Of a stretch of DNA of 63,526 nt, positions 1-9,360 are shown one piece after another. The notes under the pieces were generated by a model. The model searched no databases and was not told where the DNA came from. It saw nothing but the letters and a program-made list of their open reading frames with translations. Origin of the DNA: an archaeon. Its GTDB lineage: Archaea; Iainarchaeota; Iainarchaeia; Iainarchaeales; 1-14-0-10-31-34. A program made the position numbers and the translations under genes. Location: the NCBI GenBank assembly GCA_043815885.1, contig JBDRIL010000005.1, positions 1 through 63,526 of the forward strand. Reading direction: 5' to 3'. The first letter of the stretch is position 1. Every line of letters starts with the position of its first letter.

Positions 1-1029
1 TGTAATGCTTTCTTTTCTGGAATTAACTTCGCCTATTTCTTCTGCATTAATTCCTTCTTTCTTCAACAACTTAATTATTCCTTCAACTTCTTTTTTCTCT
101 GTAATTAGTCCAAATCCCCAGCCCATGTTAAAGGTCTTAAACATTTCTTCTTCTGTAATCCTGCTGTCCATTTTTTCTGCTGTCTCCTGAATAAAGGAAA
201 AAACAGCTTGAGGCTTAAAATTAGTAAAATTAAATCCAATTCCTTTATTGAATGAAATGAATTTCTTGAATTTCAGGTATGCGTCTCCAGTAATATGAAT
301 TGCTCCTTTTATCCTGAATTCCTTCATTGCCTTTAATACTGGCTTTACATAAATCTTTGTTGGCTTAAGTACTTCCTCTAATATATTTCCTTTCAGTTCC
401 TCTGAATAAGCATCCTTTTCATAATATCCATTCCATTCCTTGAACAACACTCTTCTTGCAAGAGAGATTCCGTTTGAATGCAATCCATTACTTCTTAATC
501 CAATTACCTTGTCTCCCTTCTTCAATCCATCCCCTTTAATTATTTCTTTTTCCTTTACTGTCCCAATACAGGCAAAGTTAATGTGATATGCATTCTCTCC
601 TATCCCTGAAATCATTTCCCCCAAATCAGCTGTCTCGCCTCCTGCTACAGTGCATTCTGCTTCTTTTGCCCCTTTATTTATTCCTTCAATTAGTTCCTTT
701 AACACTTCTGCATTGCTTTTCTTTGCATCAATTATATTTACAAGTGAAACAGGTTTTGCTCCACTCCTTACAGCATCATTCACTACCATTGCCACTCCAT
801 CTATCCCGATTGAATCATGCTTTCCAGCCAATTGTGCTAGAAGCACTTTTGTTCCTACTCCATCAGCACAGAAACAGTAATAATCCTTTGAATCAGGAAA
901 AGGAAACAAGTTATTGAAAGGAGTTCTAATCACTTTCCCGGAAAACCCTTTCTCAAATAACCCAAATTTCTTTGCTTTCTCCCTCTCCTTCCTGTCCACT
1001 CCAGCCAAAGAATAATTTATTTCATTCAT
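1..1029 (-). CDS. purM: Phosphoribosylformylglycinamidine cyclo-ligase (AIR synthase, PurM), 3'-truncated by window edge
   Basis: Absent from the ORF track because there is no stop in the window. Hand translation from the ATG at 1029-1027 gives MNEINYSLAGVDRKEREKAKKFGLFEKGFSG...CADGVGTKVLLAQLAGKHDSIGIDGVAMVVNDAV...GLRSNGLHSNGISLARRVL. The DGVGTK and LHSNGxSL motifs are PurM hallmarks. The ATG overlaps the upstream gene's stop by 4 nt. Confidence 0.8.
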   Translation of the reverse strand, partial: MNEINYSLAGVDRKEREKAKKFGLFEKGFSGKVIRTPFNNLFPFPDSKDYYCFCADGVGTKVLLAQLAGKHDSIGIDGVAMVVNDAVRSGAKPVSLVNIIDAKKSNAEVLKELIEGINKGAKEAECTVAGGETADLGEMISGIGENAYHINFACIGTVKEKEIIKGDGLKKGDKVIGLRSNGLHSNGISLARRVLFKEWNGYYEKDAYSEELKGNILEEVLKPTKIYVKPVLKAMKEFRIKGAIHITGDAYLKFKKFISFNKGIGFNFTNFKPQAVFSFIQETAEKMDSRITEEEMFKTFNMGWGFGLITEKKEVEGIIKLLKKEGINAEEIGEVNSRKESIT

Positions 1030-1637
1030 TTTTTCTCATCCAATACATTTAATATTTCTCTTTCACTTATCTCTCCTTTCCTTAAAACCTTTTTATTTTT
1101 AACGTCAAATATGGTTGAAGGTTTTCTCTTTGGGATTATTCCGCAGTCCACTATAATATCTATTTTGCCTCCAAAGGCTTTTATTGCTTTTTTTCCCGAG
1201 TAAATAGGCTCTCCTCCTGATTTATTGCAGGAAGTACTGATTAAACCTTCCCCCAATCCTTTCACTAAATCAAATGCAATCCTGTGCTTCGGAATCCTGA
1301 AGCAGATGTTTCCTTTTCCTTTCTTTTTCCCTACAACCAGGTTAAGTGCTCCAGGCATAAACTTCTCCATTAATTTTTCTGCCTCCTTTGAAATCACTCC
1401 ATACTTTCTGGCCATTTCCTTTCCTGAAAAAAGAACTACAAAGTCCTTTTCCTTTTCTCTTCCCTTTAAAGAATAAATTTTCTCTATCTCTTTCCTTGAC
1501 TTAATGCTGCAACCCATTCCATAAGACGTTTCTGTTGGATAAATAATGCTGGCCCCTTTCTTCAGCATCCCGACAATTTCCAGCAAATGCTTCTTTGGAA
1601 TCCCTTTATTCTTCCCAACTTTAATTATCCTATTCAT
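1026..1637 (-). CDS. tsaC: L-threonylcarbamoyladenylate synthase, YrdC-domain only (TsaC/Sua5 family)
   Basis: 203 aa. IIYPTETSYGMGC...GALNLVV...RIPKHRIAFDL...ISTSCNKSGGEP...PSTIFD matches the YrdC/Sua5 fold motifs. Confidence 0.75.
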   Translation of the reverse strand: MNRIIKVGKNKGIPKKHLLEIVGMLKKGASIIYPTETSYGMGCSIKSRKEIEKIYSLKGREKEKDFVVLFSGKEMARKYGVISKEAEKLMEKFMPGALNLVVGKKKGKGNICFRIPKHRIAFDLVKGLGEGLISTSCNKSGGEPIYSGKKAIKAFGGKIDIIVDCGIIPKRKPSTIFDVKNKKVLRKGEISEREILNVLDEKK

Positions 1638-2143
1638 CTAATCATCCAGAATATTACCAACAGATTGTAGCATACATGTGCAATAATGTTTGGATAAATG
1701 GTTTGATTCTTTTTAAAGTAGTATGCAAGAATTAATCCTGCAACAAATGCCCCGATTACTTCAATCACTGAATTCCAGGAAAAATGAAATGCAGCAAAAA
1801 TAATTGAGGAAGGAACCACCCCAATCAAGTTAACCAGAAATCCCCTGAAGAATAATTCCTCTGCCAGGACTCTGATAATTAAGAGGTAAACCATTACATA
1901 AACCGGCAACCTGCTTATCGTTCCTTCAACATTCTGTAAGTCGTTTACGCTAAAAGCATTAGCCAATAAACTGATGACTACACTGACAATAAGAAGTAAC
2001 AGAATTAATTCAATTGAAAGAAGAATCAGTTTTTTTGCTCCAATAAACTTTAATCCCATGTGCTCTTTCAGATTCTTTCTTCTGAGATACAGATAAATTG
2101 CTGGTAATAAAAAAAACAAGGCATCCAAAGGAATAAACTTCAA
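1634..2143 (-). CDS. CPBP family intramembrane glutamic endopeptidase (CAAX protease-like)
   Basis: 169 aa and polytopic. Has the EELFFRG motif, FAAFHF and a C-terminal HxxxN (HVCYN), which are typical CPBP motifs. Confidence 0.7.
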   Translation of the reverse strand: MKFIPLDALFFLLPAIYLYLRRKNLKEHMGLKFIGAKKLILLSIELILLLLIVSVVISLLANAFSVNDLQNVEGTISRLPVYVMVYLLIIRVLAEELFFRGFLVNLIGVVPSSIIFAAFHFSWNSVIEVIGAFVAGLILAYYFKKNQTIYPNIIAHVCYNLLVIFWMIR

Positions 2144-2151
2144 TAACTCTA

Positions 2152-2346
2152 TTATTTTTTATCCCCTGTCTTCCATTCAGTGTAACCGCATTTACCGCAG
2201 ACAGCTCTTGACTTGTGTGTCGCCATGAATACTCCTGCACCGCATTTAGGACAGAACAACTTTTTTCTTTCCAATTTTCCTTCCTTTAACTCGTAGTACT
2301 CGCCTTTCTTCTTCTTTACTTTTTTCTTTTTCTCCTTTTTAGCCAT
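2152..2346 (-). CDS. rps27ae: Ribosomal protein eS31 (S27ae)
   Basis: 64 aa. Zinc ribbon CPKCG...CGKCG after a Lys-rich N-terminus. Lies in the conserved neighbourhood with eS24. Confidence 0.85.
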   Translation of the reverse strand: MAKKEKKKKVKKKKGEYYELKEGKLERKKLFCPKCGAGVFMATHKSRAVCGKCGYTEWKTGDKK

Positions 2347-2357
2347 TACTTTTCACC

Positions 2358-2714
2358 TTACTTTTTCTTTTTTTCAAGCTTCTGTTTTTCTTTCAGCGCT
2401 TTTTTCTCTTCTCTCTTCTTCTTCCCTTTTTCTTTTTCTTCCTCGAAATTCTTTTCCAGCGTGTAAGAAAGCTCTACTTCCTTCATTTTTTCAATTGATT
2501 CATACACGCGGGCACTGCATTCCACTTCTTTTCTTCCATGCTTCTGGAGTATCCTTGCAATAACCACTGTTTCAGGCTTCTTCTCTAATGCTGCTGAAAT
2601 TTTTTCCCTTACAGCTTTAACGCTTGGGGTTATATTTATGTCAATTACCTTGAATTCTATTTCTTCCCTTAAAAGCAATGGATTGCTTTTCCTCTTAATT
2701 ATTTCAATCTTCAT
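2358..2714 (-). CDS. rps24e: Ribosomal protein eS24
   Basis: 118 aa. MKIEIIKRKSNPLLLREEIEFKV...HGRKEVECSARVY matches the S24e pattern. Has a K/E-rich C-terminal tail. Confidence 0.85.
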   Translation of the reverse strand: MKIEIIKRKSNPLLLREEIEFKVIDINITPSVKAVREKISAALEKKPETVVIARILQKHGRKEVECSARVYESIEKMKEVELSYTLEKNFEEEKEKGKKKREEKKALKEKQKLEKKKK

Positions 2715-2733
2715 ATTCTCCCCCTTAAAAAAT

Positions 2734-2928
2734 TCACCTGCTTAACCTTAATGCATGTTTTCCAATTGTCTTTATTCCCATCTTTTTTGCTATCTCTGAC
2801 TTCTCTGGATCCACAATTATTACGTATCCCCTCCAAAAGGTAGTGAATGCTGTTCCGTCGCACACAGGACACTTGTTTCCTTCCTCTATTACCTTCCTGC
2901 ATTCTCTACAGGCTTTTCCTTTAGTCAT
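2734..2928 (-). CDS. spt4: Transcription elongation factor Spt4 (RpoE'')
   Basis: 64 aa. Zinc ribbon CRECRK...CPVCDG followed by a WRGYVIIVDPEKSEIAKK motif. Sits directly downstream of Rpo7. Confidence 0.8.
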   Translation of the reverse strand: MTKGKACRECRKVIEEGNKCPVCDGTAFTTFWRGYVIIVDPEKSEIAKKMGIKTIGKHALRLSR

Positions 2929-3533
2929 TTCTTTTTTTCACCTTTTTTCTCTTCTTTTTTCTTTCCCTTTTCTTTTGCTTCCTTTTCCTTCTGCTTTAAA
3001 TCCATTGCAAGCCACTCGCTTTTTCCCAAACCAGTTTGTCTCATTGTTAAGCCTATCTTTGAGTTGGGGATATTTCCCTTTAATGAAACACTTACAATCT
3101 TTGCCAGTACAACGTCATCCAGATTCAGTTTCTTTCCTGACTCCTTTCCCACAAAACAGGGAGTCTTTGAGTCATAGTTAATGAAGTCATTCACTATCTG
3201 TGAAACATGAATCAATCCCTCTATTGGCCCTGTTCTGAGAAATGCCCCAAACTCAGTTATCTCTGTTACTGCTCCTTCTACAACTTCTTGTAATTCAGGT
3301 TTATACACTAATGCAGTGTATTCCGCGTCATAGTATGCAGATCCATCGCCTGGGATTACTCTTCCTTCTCCTGTCTTTGTAACATTAAGAATTGCAACTA
3401 TTAATCCAATGCTTTCATCCACTACTCCTTCATATTCTTCCTGAACAATATTTTTTATGGCTTCCTTTAACTTTTTCCCAAATTCTTTGGGTGGAACCCT
3501 TACAACATCCTTCAAAGAAATTATTGCGTACAT
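2925..3533 (-). CDS. rpoE: DNA-directed RNA polymerase subunit Rpo7 (E')
   Basis: 202 aa. N-terminal Rpb7-like domain plus an S1 domain (GAVTEITEFGAFLRTGPIEGLIHVSQI). K/E tail. Confidence 0.85.
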   Translation of the reverse strand: MYAIISLKDVVRVPPKEFGKKLKEAIKNIVQEEYEGVVDESIGLIVAILNVTKTGEGRVIPGDGSAYYDAEYTALVYKPELQEVVEGAVTEITEFGAFLRTGPIEGLIHVSQIVNDFINYDSKTPCFVGKESGKKLNLDDVVLAKIVSVSLKGNIPNSKIGLTMRQTGLGKSEWLAMDLKQKEKEAKEKGKKKEEKKGEKKK

Positions 3534-3548
3534 TCATTTCACCTTTTC

Positions 3549-3941
3549 TCATTCTATCTGAATGATTTTTTTTTGTCTTATAAAAATGACTCTCCCGCCT
3601 TTTTCCTTTATCTTCTTTTTTAACTCCTTGTCATTTGTTCCAATCATTACTCCTTTTCCACTCAACTCAATTAATTCTTCATCTGCATTGTTTTCCTTGC
3701 CTTCTTTTAATATCTTGCACTTATTAATTTTTATTAACTTTTCTGCAATCAACACTCCTTTCTCTTTTTTCTTTCCCTCTTTTTTCAGTTCATTCATTTC
3801 ATTTAATACTCTTCCTGCAATCAAAAAATCCACTTTTCCCAGCTTTCTTTTTATTTCCTCGAATACGTCCAGCTTTAATTCATTTACTGCCAGCAGCATG
3901 TTTGTATCAAGTGAGACTTTCGCCTTACATTGTTTCTCCAT
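3549..3941 (-). CDS. PIN-domain protein (Fcf1/Utp24-like) of the conserved aIF2gamma-Rpo7 cluster
   Basis: SLDTNMLL...GTNDKELKKKIKEKGGRVIFIR. The track ORF begins at a TTG (3950). The first ATG is at 3941. Overlaps the aIF2gamma stop. Confidence 0.65.
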   Translation of the reverse strand: MEKQCKAKVSLDTNMLLAVNELKLDVFEEIKRKLGKVDFLIAGRVLNEMNELKKEGKKKEKGVLIAEKLIKINKCKILKEGKENNADEELIELSGKGVMIGTNDKELKKKIKEKGGRVIFIRQKKIIQIE

Positions 3942-5124
3942 AAGCAACAAGCCTCCATCTAGTTCCCTCCTTCTTGCTTAAGGCGATTATCTGTCCTTTT
4001 TCTATTGCCAGTGGAATCCTTGTCACTGCCTCTATCTCGTTTCCCTTGATTGTCTTTATGTCTGCAATGGTTGCAGCAGTGCCAACACTTAGAACTATTG
4101 GTTCATTCAATTTAATGTTTTGTTCCTTTGCTTCAATGAATCTCTTGAAGTAAGTGATTTCTGCCTTCACAATAGTTGTTGGGTCTGGTACAGTTCCTTT
4201 CTTTCCTATTACCTGGCCTTTCATTTGGTCGTTCTTGCTTAGGTTTGGGTCAAGCAGGGTTTTTACTGCAATCAATCCTCCTGGATGGGCTTTCTTTATT
4301 TTTCCTTCTTCTGTGCTTATCTCTGTTATCTTTGTACTTATTTTTTTTCCATTGATTCCTGGAGACAACTCTACTTCTTCTTCTTCAGCAGCCACTCCCT
4401 GCATTACAGTTCCCCCCAAAACCCCTCCCTGGATTTTTTTTGCTTTTGTGCCTGGCTTGTTTATATCAAATGATCTCGCCACATACATCCTGAATGCATC
4501 TCCTTCATCCAGTTTTGGGCTTGGAATTGTTTCCTCTATTGCCTCTATCAATAAATCAAGGTTTGTTCCAAAGTGAGCCGCAGTCGGAATGATTCTTGCA
4601 TTCTCGTAACCGAATTCTTTCAGGAAACCCACTATCTGTTCATAATTCTCTATTGCTTTTTTTTTCTCCACTAAATCAATCTTGTTTTGTGCAACTATGA
4701 TGTTTTTGACTTTACTCACCTTTAAAGCCATTAAATGTTCTACTGTTCTTGGTTGAGGGCATGGTTCATTTGCCGCTATTACCAGAATCGCCCCGTTCAT
4801 TAATGCCGCTCCTGAAAGCATTGTAGTCATTAATGTTTCATGTCCTGGAGCATCAACAAAACTCACCTTCCTTAATTCCTTGCATTTTTTCTTGCATATA
4901 GGACAGATGCTTTTGGTGCAATACGCTTCTGCTCCCTTGCAGTGAGTGCACTTATAAAATGTTGCATCAGCATAGCCCAGCCTTATTGAAATCCCTCTCT
5001 TTAATTCCTCTGAATGCGTGTCAGTCCATTTTCCTGTCAAGCTGTAAGCCAGGCTCGTCTTACCGTGATCTACATGCCCGATTAATCCAATGTTCACTTC
5101 TGCCTGCTTTACTTCTTTCTTCAT
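3925..5124 (-). CDS. eif2g: Translation initiation factor aIF2 gamma subunit
   Basis: 399 aa. G1 motif GHVDHGKT, DAPGHE, NKID, and the Cys-rich zinc knuckle CTHC...CPIC typical of aIF2gamma. Confidence 0.95.
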   Translation of the reverse strand: MKKEVKQAEVNIGLIGHVDHGKTSLAYSLTGKWTDTHSEELKRGISIRLGYADATFYKCTHCKGAEAYCTKSICPICKKKCKELRKVSFVDAPGHETLMTTMLSGAALMNGAILVIAANEPCPQPRTVEHLMALKVSKVKNIIVAQNKIDLVEKKKAIENYEQIVGFLKEFGYENARIIPTAAHFGTNLDLLIEAIEETIPSPKLDEGDAFRMYVARSFDINKPGTKAKKIQGGVLGGTVMQGVAAEEEEVELSPGINGKKISTKITEISTEEGKIKKAHPGGLIAVKTLLDPNLSKNDQMKGQVIGKKGTVPDPTTIVKAEITYFKRFIEAKEQNIKLNEPIVLSVGTAATIADIKTIKGNEIEAVTRIPLAIEKGQIIALSKKEGTRWRLVAYGETM

Positions 5125-5125
5125 G

Positions 5126-5620
5126 TCACTTCCCTTTTACTTTTCCCTTTACTTTCTTTGCCTCTTCCCCCAAATCCTTTTTTCCAACCATTTCCAGTGA
5201 CTCTTTAACCATTTGTTCTTTTATTGATTCCTTTTCTGGCTCTTCTTTCTTCTCTTCTTTAGGAAACAATTCATCTAATTTCTTTTCTCCTTCAGTAATA
5301 ACAACTAAATTCAGCTGTTCTGTTTCATTGCTTACAGTATTCCCCCTAACGCTCTTTCTTTTTCTTCCACCCTTTCTTTTTATTTTAAATCCAATTCCTT
5401 TTCCGGAAAATATTTTTTTTCTTCCTATTCCGCTGATGCTTGAATGCATTGGAAAACCCTGTTTATCGCTTCCACCTTTTACTTTCGCAGTGTATCCCTC
5501 CATTCCAATTCCATCCAGTTTAACTTCTTCCCCAATCTTTTTGTTTAAGAATAATCCTGCTTCTTCGACCTTCTTTGAGTAAGCCTTTCCTGTTTTAGGA
5601 TTGCTTATTACAAGCTTCAT
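5126..5620 (-). CDS. rps6e: Ribosomal protein eS6
   Basis: 164 aa. MKLVISNPKTGKAY...GGSDKQGFPM...RKRKSVRGN. Has a K/E-rich tail. Confidence 0.85.
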   Translation of the reverse strand: MKLVISNPKTGKAYSKKVEEAGLFLNKKIGEEVKLDGIGMEGYTAKVKGGSDKQGFPMHSSISGIGRKKIFSGKGIGFKIKRKGGRKRKSVRGNTVSNETEQLNLVVITEGEKKLDELFPKEEKKEEPEKESIKEQMVKESLEMVGKKDLGEEAKKVKGKVKGK

Positions 5621-7362
5621 TCTTTTTCCCCCTTTTCTTTTCTTATTTCCTCCAGTAATTCTTTTTCGTCTTTTTTCAATACATCTGTTTCCTCTAATTT
5701 TTTGCAGTGAGCAGCCGAAACAAAGGTGGTTAATTCATCTTTTTCGTTTATGTTTCTTCCCACTACCCCCCCTTCGATTGAAACCGCTACTTCTTCTCCT
5801 TTCTTGGCTTCATTTATTGTCTTTCCTTCATGCTGTATTACCGCTACCTTTCCAATAGTCTTTCCTTTTTTCATTAACTTGACTCCTTGCATCAATCTTC
5901 CTTCCTCGATTTTTACTCCCACTATTGCTGGCTTGCTGTTCCTGAAAATACAGTTAGGCATAATCCTTATCCTTGCAGGAAATGTTACCCCTGCTAATGC
6001 TTTTTCTTTCTCTCTCTGCTTTGCTTCCTGAATCCATTCATTGTATTCTTCAATTAATTTGTAGACTACTTTTCCTTCAAATATCTTTACCTCTCTTTTT
6101 TTTGCTTCTTCCAGTGCTTCAGGATTAATATTCGTGTTAAATGCAATTATAACGCTTTTAATTGGATCCTTTTCTTTCAGGCAGGCTACTTCTATTATAT
6201 CCTTTCTTGTTATTTCTCCAACACTTGCTCTCCTTACCATTATTCCATCTTTTTCAAGCAGCTTTATGATTGCTTCAAGTGAACCCAATGCATCGGTCTT
6301 CAGTATTGGCCCCACATTATCTGATTTAATTTCAATATTATTTATTTCCTTCTCTATTTCCTCTCTTTCGTTTCCAGTCTCTATTGCCCTGAGCGGGGAT
6401 CCAGCCAATGCATTCTCCAGGTTTGGTGCAGCAATCTTTATTCCTGCAGCAGCATGCACTTCATTTACTGAATCAAATTTTTCCTGGGGGCTTCTGATTT
6501 CATCAAGCGGTTTCGGCAACAATAAAGCTCTTATCTTTGTTTCAATTGCTCCATGTTTTCCTCCCACCACTATTTCCTGCCCTTTCTTTATTGTTCCATC
6601 ATAAAGAATTACATCAATTGTTTTTCCTAAACCTTTTTCATCCTTTACCTCTAAAATTGTTCCCTTTGCAGGACCGCTTACCTCCATACTCAATCTCTTC
6701 TCCAAGTACTTCTGGCTTAAGCCAGCCAAAAACATCAATACCTCTGGAACACCTTCCCCTGACTTATTGCATACCGGAATAATCGGAATCTCTTTGGTTA
6801 AGTCCTTCACTCTATCAAATCTCTCTGCATTGAATTCTTTTTTATGCAGTTGTCCTACAAGTTCATACAGTTTTTTATCTAATTTCTCTATTGCTTCCTT
6901 TGTCTGATTTCCAAGATTTTCTGAGAAGGTTCCTTCTTTTGTATTCCATTCAACCAATTTATCTATCTTTGTTGCTGCAACAATGAACGGAACCTTGAAT
7001 GCCTTCAGGATCTCTATTCCCTCTATTGTCTGCTTTTCCAATCCCTTCTGTACATCCACAACCAATACAGCCAAGTCAGCTATACTTCCGCCTCTCCTCC
7101 TTAAATTAGTGAATGCCTCATGCCCAGGAGTATCAATGAATAGAAGTCCAGGAATCTCTAAACTGAATTTATATTTATTCAATAACTCTCCAGCCAATTC
7201 CTTTATTACTTCAGTGGGAACCTCTGTTGCTCCGATATGCTGCGTAATAGCTCCTGCTTCCTCGCTTACAATTGTTGTTCCTCTTATCTTGTCAAGGAAT
7301 GAAGTCTTTCCACTATCCACGTGCCCTAAAACAGTGATTATTGGTTTCCTTATCATTCTCAA
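5617..7362 (-). CDS. infB: Translation initiation factor aIF5B (IF2 homolog)
   Basis: 581 aa. RKPIITVLGHVDSGKTSFLDKIRGT, DTPGHEAF, ATKIDK. Confidence 0.9.
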   Translation of the reverse strand: MRMIRKPIITVLGHVDSGKTSFLDKIRGTTIVSEEAGAITQHIGATEVPTEVIKELAGELLNKYKFSLEIPGLLFIDTPGHEAFTNLRRRGGSIADLAVLVVDVQKGLEKQTIEGIEILKAFKVPFIVAATKIDKLVEWNTKEGTFSENLGNQTKEAIEKLDKKLYELVGQLHKKEFNAERFDRVKDLTKEIPIIPVCNKSGEGVPEVLMFLAGLSQKYLEKRLSMEVSGPAKGTILEVKDEKGLGKTIDVILYDGTIKKGQEIVVGGKHGAIETKIRALLLPKPLDEIRSPQEKFDSVNEVHAAAGIKIAAPNLENALAGSPLRAIETGNEREEIEKEINNIEIKSDNVGPILKTDALGSLEAIIKLLEKDGIMVRRASVGEITRKDIIEVACLKEKDPIKSVIIAFNTNINPEALEEAKKREVKIFEGKVVYKLIEEYNEWIQEAKQREKEKALAGVTFPARIRIMPNCIFRNSKPAIVGVKIEEGRLMQGVKLMKKGKTIGKVAVIQHEGKTINEAKKGEEVAVSIEGGVVGRNINEKDELTTFVSAAHCKKLEETDVLKKDEKELLEEIRKEKGEKE

Positions 7363-7866
7363 TCACTTAATGTTCTTGTGGATTCCATCATAAAGCTTTC
7401 CTGCTTCACTACTTAACCTAAAAAAAATCAATTGAATGATTCTTGCATTCCTTTTCAGTTCTATTCCTTTTTCGTTTGAAACAATTAACAATGATTCACT
7501 CTTTCCCTCGAATCCTGGATCCCACAAAGCAGTTTCCACTGTACAGCCCATCCTAAGTAAACTCGAACGGCTTCTTGCTATTGCCGCAATTTCTGCCGGA
7601 ATCTTTACTGTCTCATTGAATCTAACCTTATAGCATCCCTTCTTTAAATGAATTAAATCGTTTTCATTGAATTCCATTTCATTTGCTGAAGGAAAACTCC
7701 TTTCCTTGTTTTCAAAATCAATTACTCCCTTTCCATCCAATTCATACACTTTTTCCAACGATAAATCAATCCCTGACTGCTGCAGTTGTTTATCTAAATC
7801 AATGAATCCCTCAACCATTTTTTTTTCTTCAATTAATTTCCTTACTTCTTCGCTTGAGAGAATCAT
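7363..7866 (-). CDS. dut: dUTPase / dCTP deaminase family protein (archaeal Dut-like)
   Basis: 167 aa. QQSGIDLSL...ARSRSSLLRMG...ALWDPGFEGKSE...ARIIQLIF is the beta-barrel dCTP deaminase/dUTPase pattern. Confidence 0.65.
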   Translation of the reverse strand: MILSSEEVRKLIEEKKMVEGFIDLDKQLQQSGIDLSLEKVYELDGKGVIDFENKERSFPSANEMEFNENDLIHLKKGCYKVRFNETVKIPAEIAAIARSRSSLLRMGCTVETALWDPGFEGKSESLLIVSNEKGIELKRNARIIQLIFFRLSSEAGKLYDGIHKNIK

Positions 7867-7875
7867 TTTCCCGCC

Positions 7876-8439
7876 TCAGTGCATTACACTCCAATCCTTT
7901 CTCTCGTAATCATAAATTTCTTCTTTCTTAAACCAAATATTTATCTCTGTTTCAGCTTCTTCTTTAGTGCTGGAAGCATGAATAATGTTTCTTATTGCCC
8001 TCTTCTTCAAATCAGCCAATTCATATGACTCCACTGTAAAATCCCCCCTGATTGTCCCTATCTCGGCCTGCCTTGCCTCAGTATGCCCAACCAACTTTCT
8101 TCCAATCTCTATTGCATGGTATCCCTCAAAGACTATTGCTATGACCGGCCCTTCCAGCAAATATTCCTTTGTCCATTTCTTTACTCTTTCAGCAATCTCT
8201 TTGTCTGATTCTTTCAATTCAATTCCTTTTTCTTTTGCTGCCTTCCTTGTTTTTTCAGCCAACTTCTTTACCCATTCCCCAGTCATCCTGTACTGCTTTT
8301 CAGCCATTTCCTCTGTTGGTTCAACCATTTTCATTGCAGCAATCTTTAATCCCTTTTGCTCGAATCTCTTAATTATTTCTCCAGCCAATGCTCTTTGAAT
8401 TCCATCATGTTTAATCATTATAAATGTTCTTTCAATCAT
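7876..8439 (-). CDS. ndk: Nucleoside diphosphate kinase with ~35-aa internal insertion
   Basis: 187 aa. ERTFIMIKHDGIQRALAGEII, GTIRGDF, and the catalytic-His context NIIHAS. Confidence 0.85.
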   Translation of the reverse strand: MIERTFIMIKHDGIQRALAGEIIKRFEQKGLKIAAMKMVEPTEEMAEKQYRMTGEWVKKLAEKTRKAAKEKGIELKESDKEIAERVKKWTKEYLLEGPVIAIVFEGYHAIEIGRKLVGHTEARQAEIGTIRGDFTVESYELADLKKRAIRNIIHASSTKEEAETEINIWFKKEEIYDYERKDWSVMH

Positions 8440-8445
8440 TTTCCT

Positions 8446-8646
8446 TCACTTCTTTTTTTCTCCTTTCATTAATTGTTTCTGCTTTCTGCTTTCCTGAGTC
8501 CATTTCACATTCCTTGGATTCCTCTTTAACTTCAATAAATTCTTCTCGCACTTCTTTGAACAAAAGCTAAATATATTCCCTTCCTTTTTAACAAAAATCT
8601 TTCCGCTTCCTTTATCCATTACCTTTCCACAGAACGAACACTTCAC
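8446..8646 (-). CDS. rpl24e: Ribosomal protein eL24
   Basis: 66 aa. MKCSFCGK...FCSKKCEKN zinc motif. Confidence 0.85.
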   Translation of the reverse strand: MKCSFCGKVMDKGSGKIFVKKEGNIFSFCSKKCEKNLLKLKRNPRNVKWTQESRKQKQLMKGEKKK

Positions 8647-8658
8647 TGTAAATCACCT

Positions 8659-8865
8659 TTAAGCCTTGATTTCCTTTGCCTCTCTCTCGGTATTCAAGAG
8701 GATAATCAAATCTCCTTTCTTCAGGTTTCCTTTTACATTCCTTCTCTTTACTCTTCCTTTTTCCGGTCCTTCCAGTATCCTGCACAGTACCTGAATTATT
8801 TCCCCATGGACACCTGTCCTCTGGACCATTTCAACTACTTCAGCCGGAGTTCCTCTTTCATTCAT
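8659..8865 (-). CDS. rps28e: Ribosomal protein eS28
   Basis: 68 aa. [27 protein letters not shown]...[10 protein letters not shown]. Confidence 0.9.
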   Translation of the reverse strand: MNERGTPAEVVEMVQRTGVHGEIIQVLCRILEGPEKGRVKRRNVKGNLKKGDLIILLNTEREAKEIKA

Positions 8866-8878
8866 TTTTTCCCACCTT

Positions 8879-9244
8879 TCACTTCTTTAATGCAGTTAAT
8901 CTCTTTATTACTTCTTCTAATTCCTTTTTTGCGTTTCCTTCCTCTATTACTGCTATTGCTGCAGTGCCCACCTGGATTCCAGTTTTCTCGCCTAATTGTT
9001 CTTTTTTGTCTGCATACGTGTAAGGAATATTTTTTTCCTCGCAAAGCAATGGCAGATGCATTACTATTTCCTTTGGATTAACATCCTCTCCAATTACCAC
9101 TAGTTTTGCTTTTCCTCTCTCCACTGCCTTGGTTGTTTCATTAACCCCTATCTTTATTTTTCCGCTTTTAGCTATTTTTTCGATTAGGTCTAACTGTTTT
9201 TCCTTTAGTTCCTTTCCAACGCTAAATCGCACAAGTTCAGCCAT
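8879..9244 (-). CDS. rpl7ae: Ribosomal protein L7Ae (eL8), K-turn binding
   Basis: 121 aa. [43 protein letters not shown]. Confidence 0.9.
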   Translation of the reverse strand: MAELVRFSVGKELKEKQLDLIEKIAKSGKIKIGVNETTKAVERGKAKLVVIGEDVNPKEIVMHLPLLCEEKNIPYTYADKKEQLGEKTGIQVGTAAIAVIEEGNAKKELEEVIKRLTALKK

Positions 9245-9261
9245 TAAAGATCAACCTCCTT

Positions 9262-9284
9262 ACAGGTTTCCTAAGTCAACCTGT
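9262..9284 (-). promoter_or_regulatory. Perfect 7-bp hairpin (ACAGGTT-N9-AACCTGT) in the L7Ae 5' leader, abutting the Shine-Dalgarno sequence
   Basis: Seen directly. The mRNA sense reads ...GACGATGA-ACAGGTT-GACTTAGGA-AACCTGT-AAGGAGG-N10-ATG. Its function is speculative. Confidence 0.3.
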
Positions 9285-9360
9285 TCATCGTCATTGGCTA
9301 AAAAAAGCTATTAAAAAATACTATCAAAAAAGGTTTTTAAAGGCTATTATCCGAGGCAAA

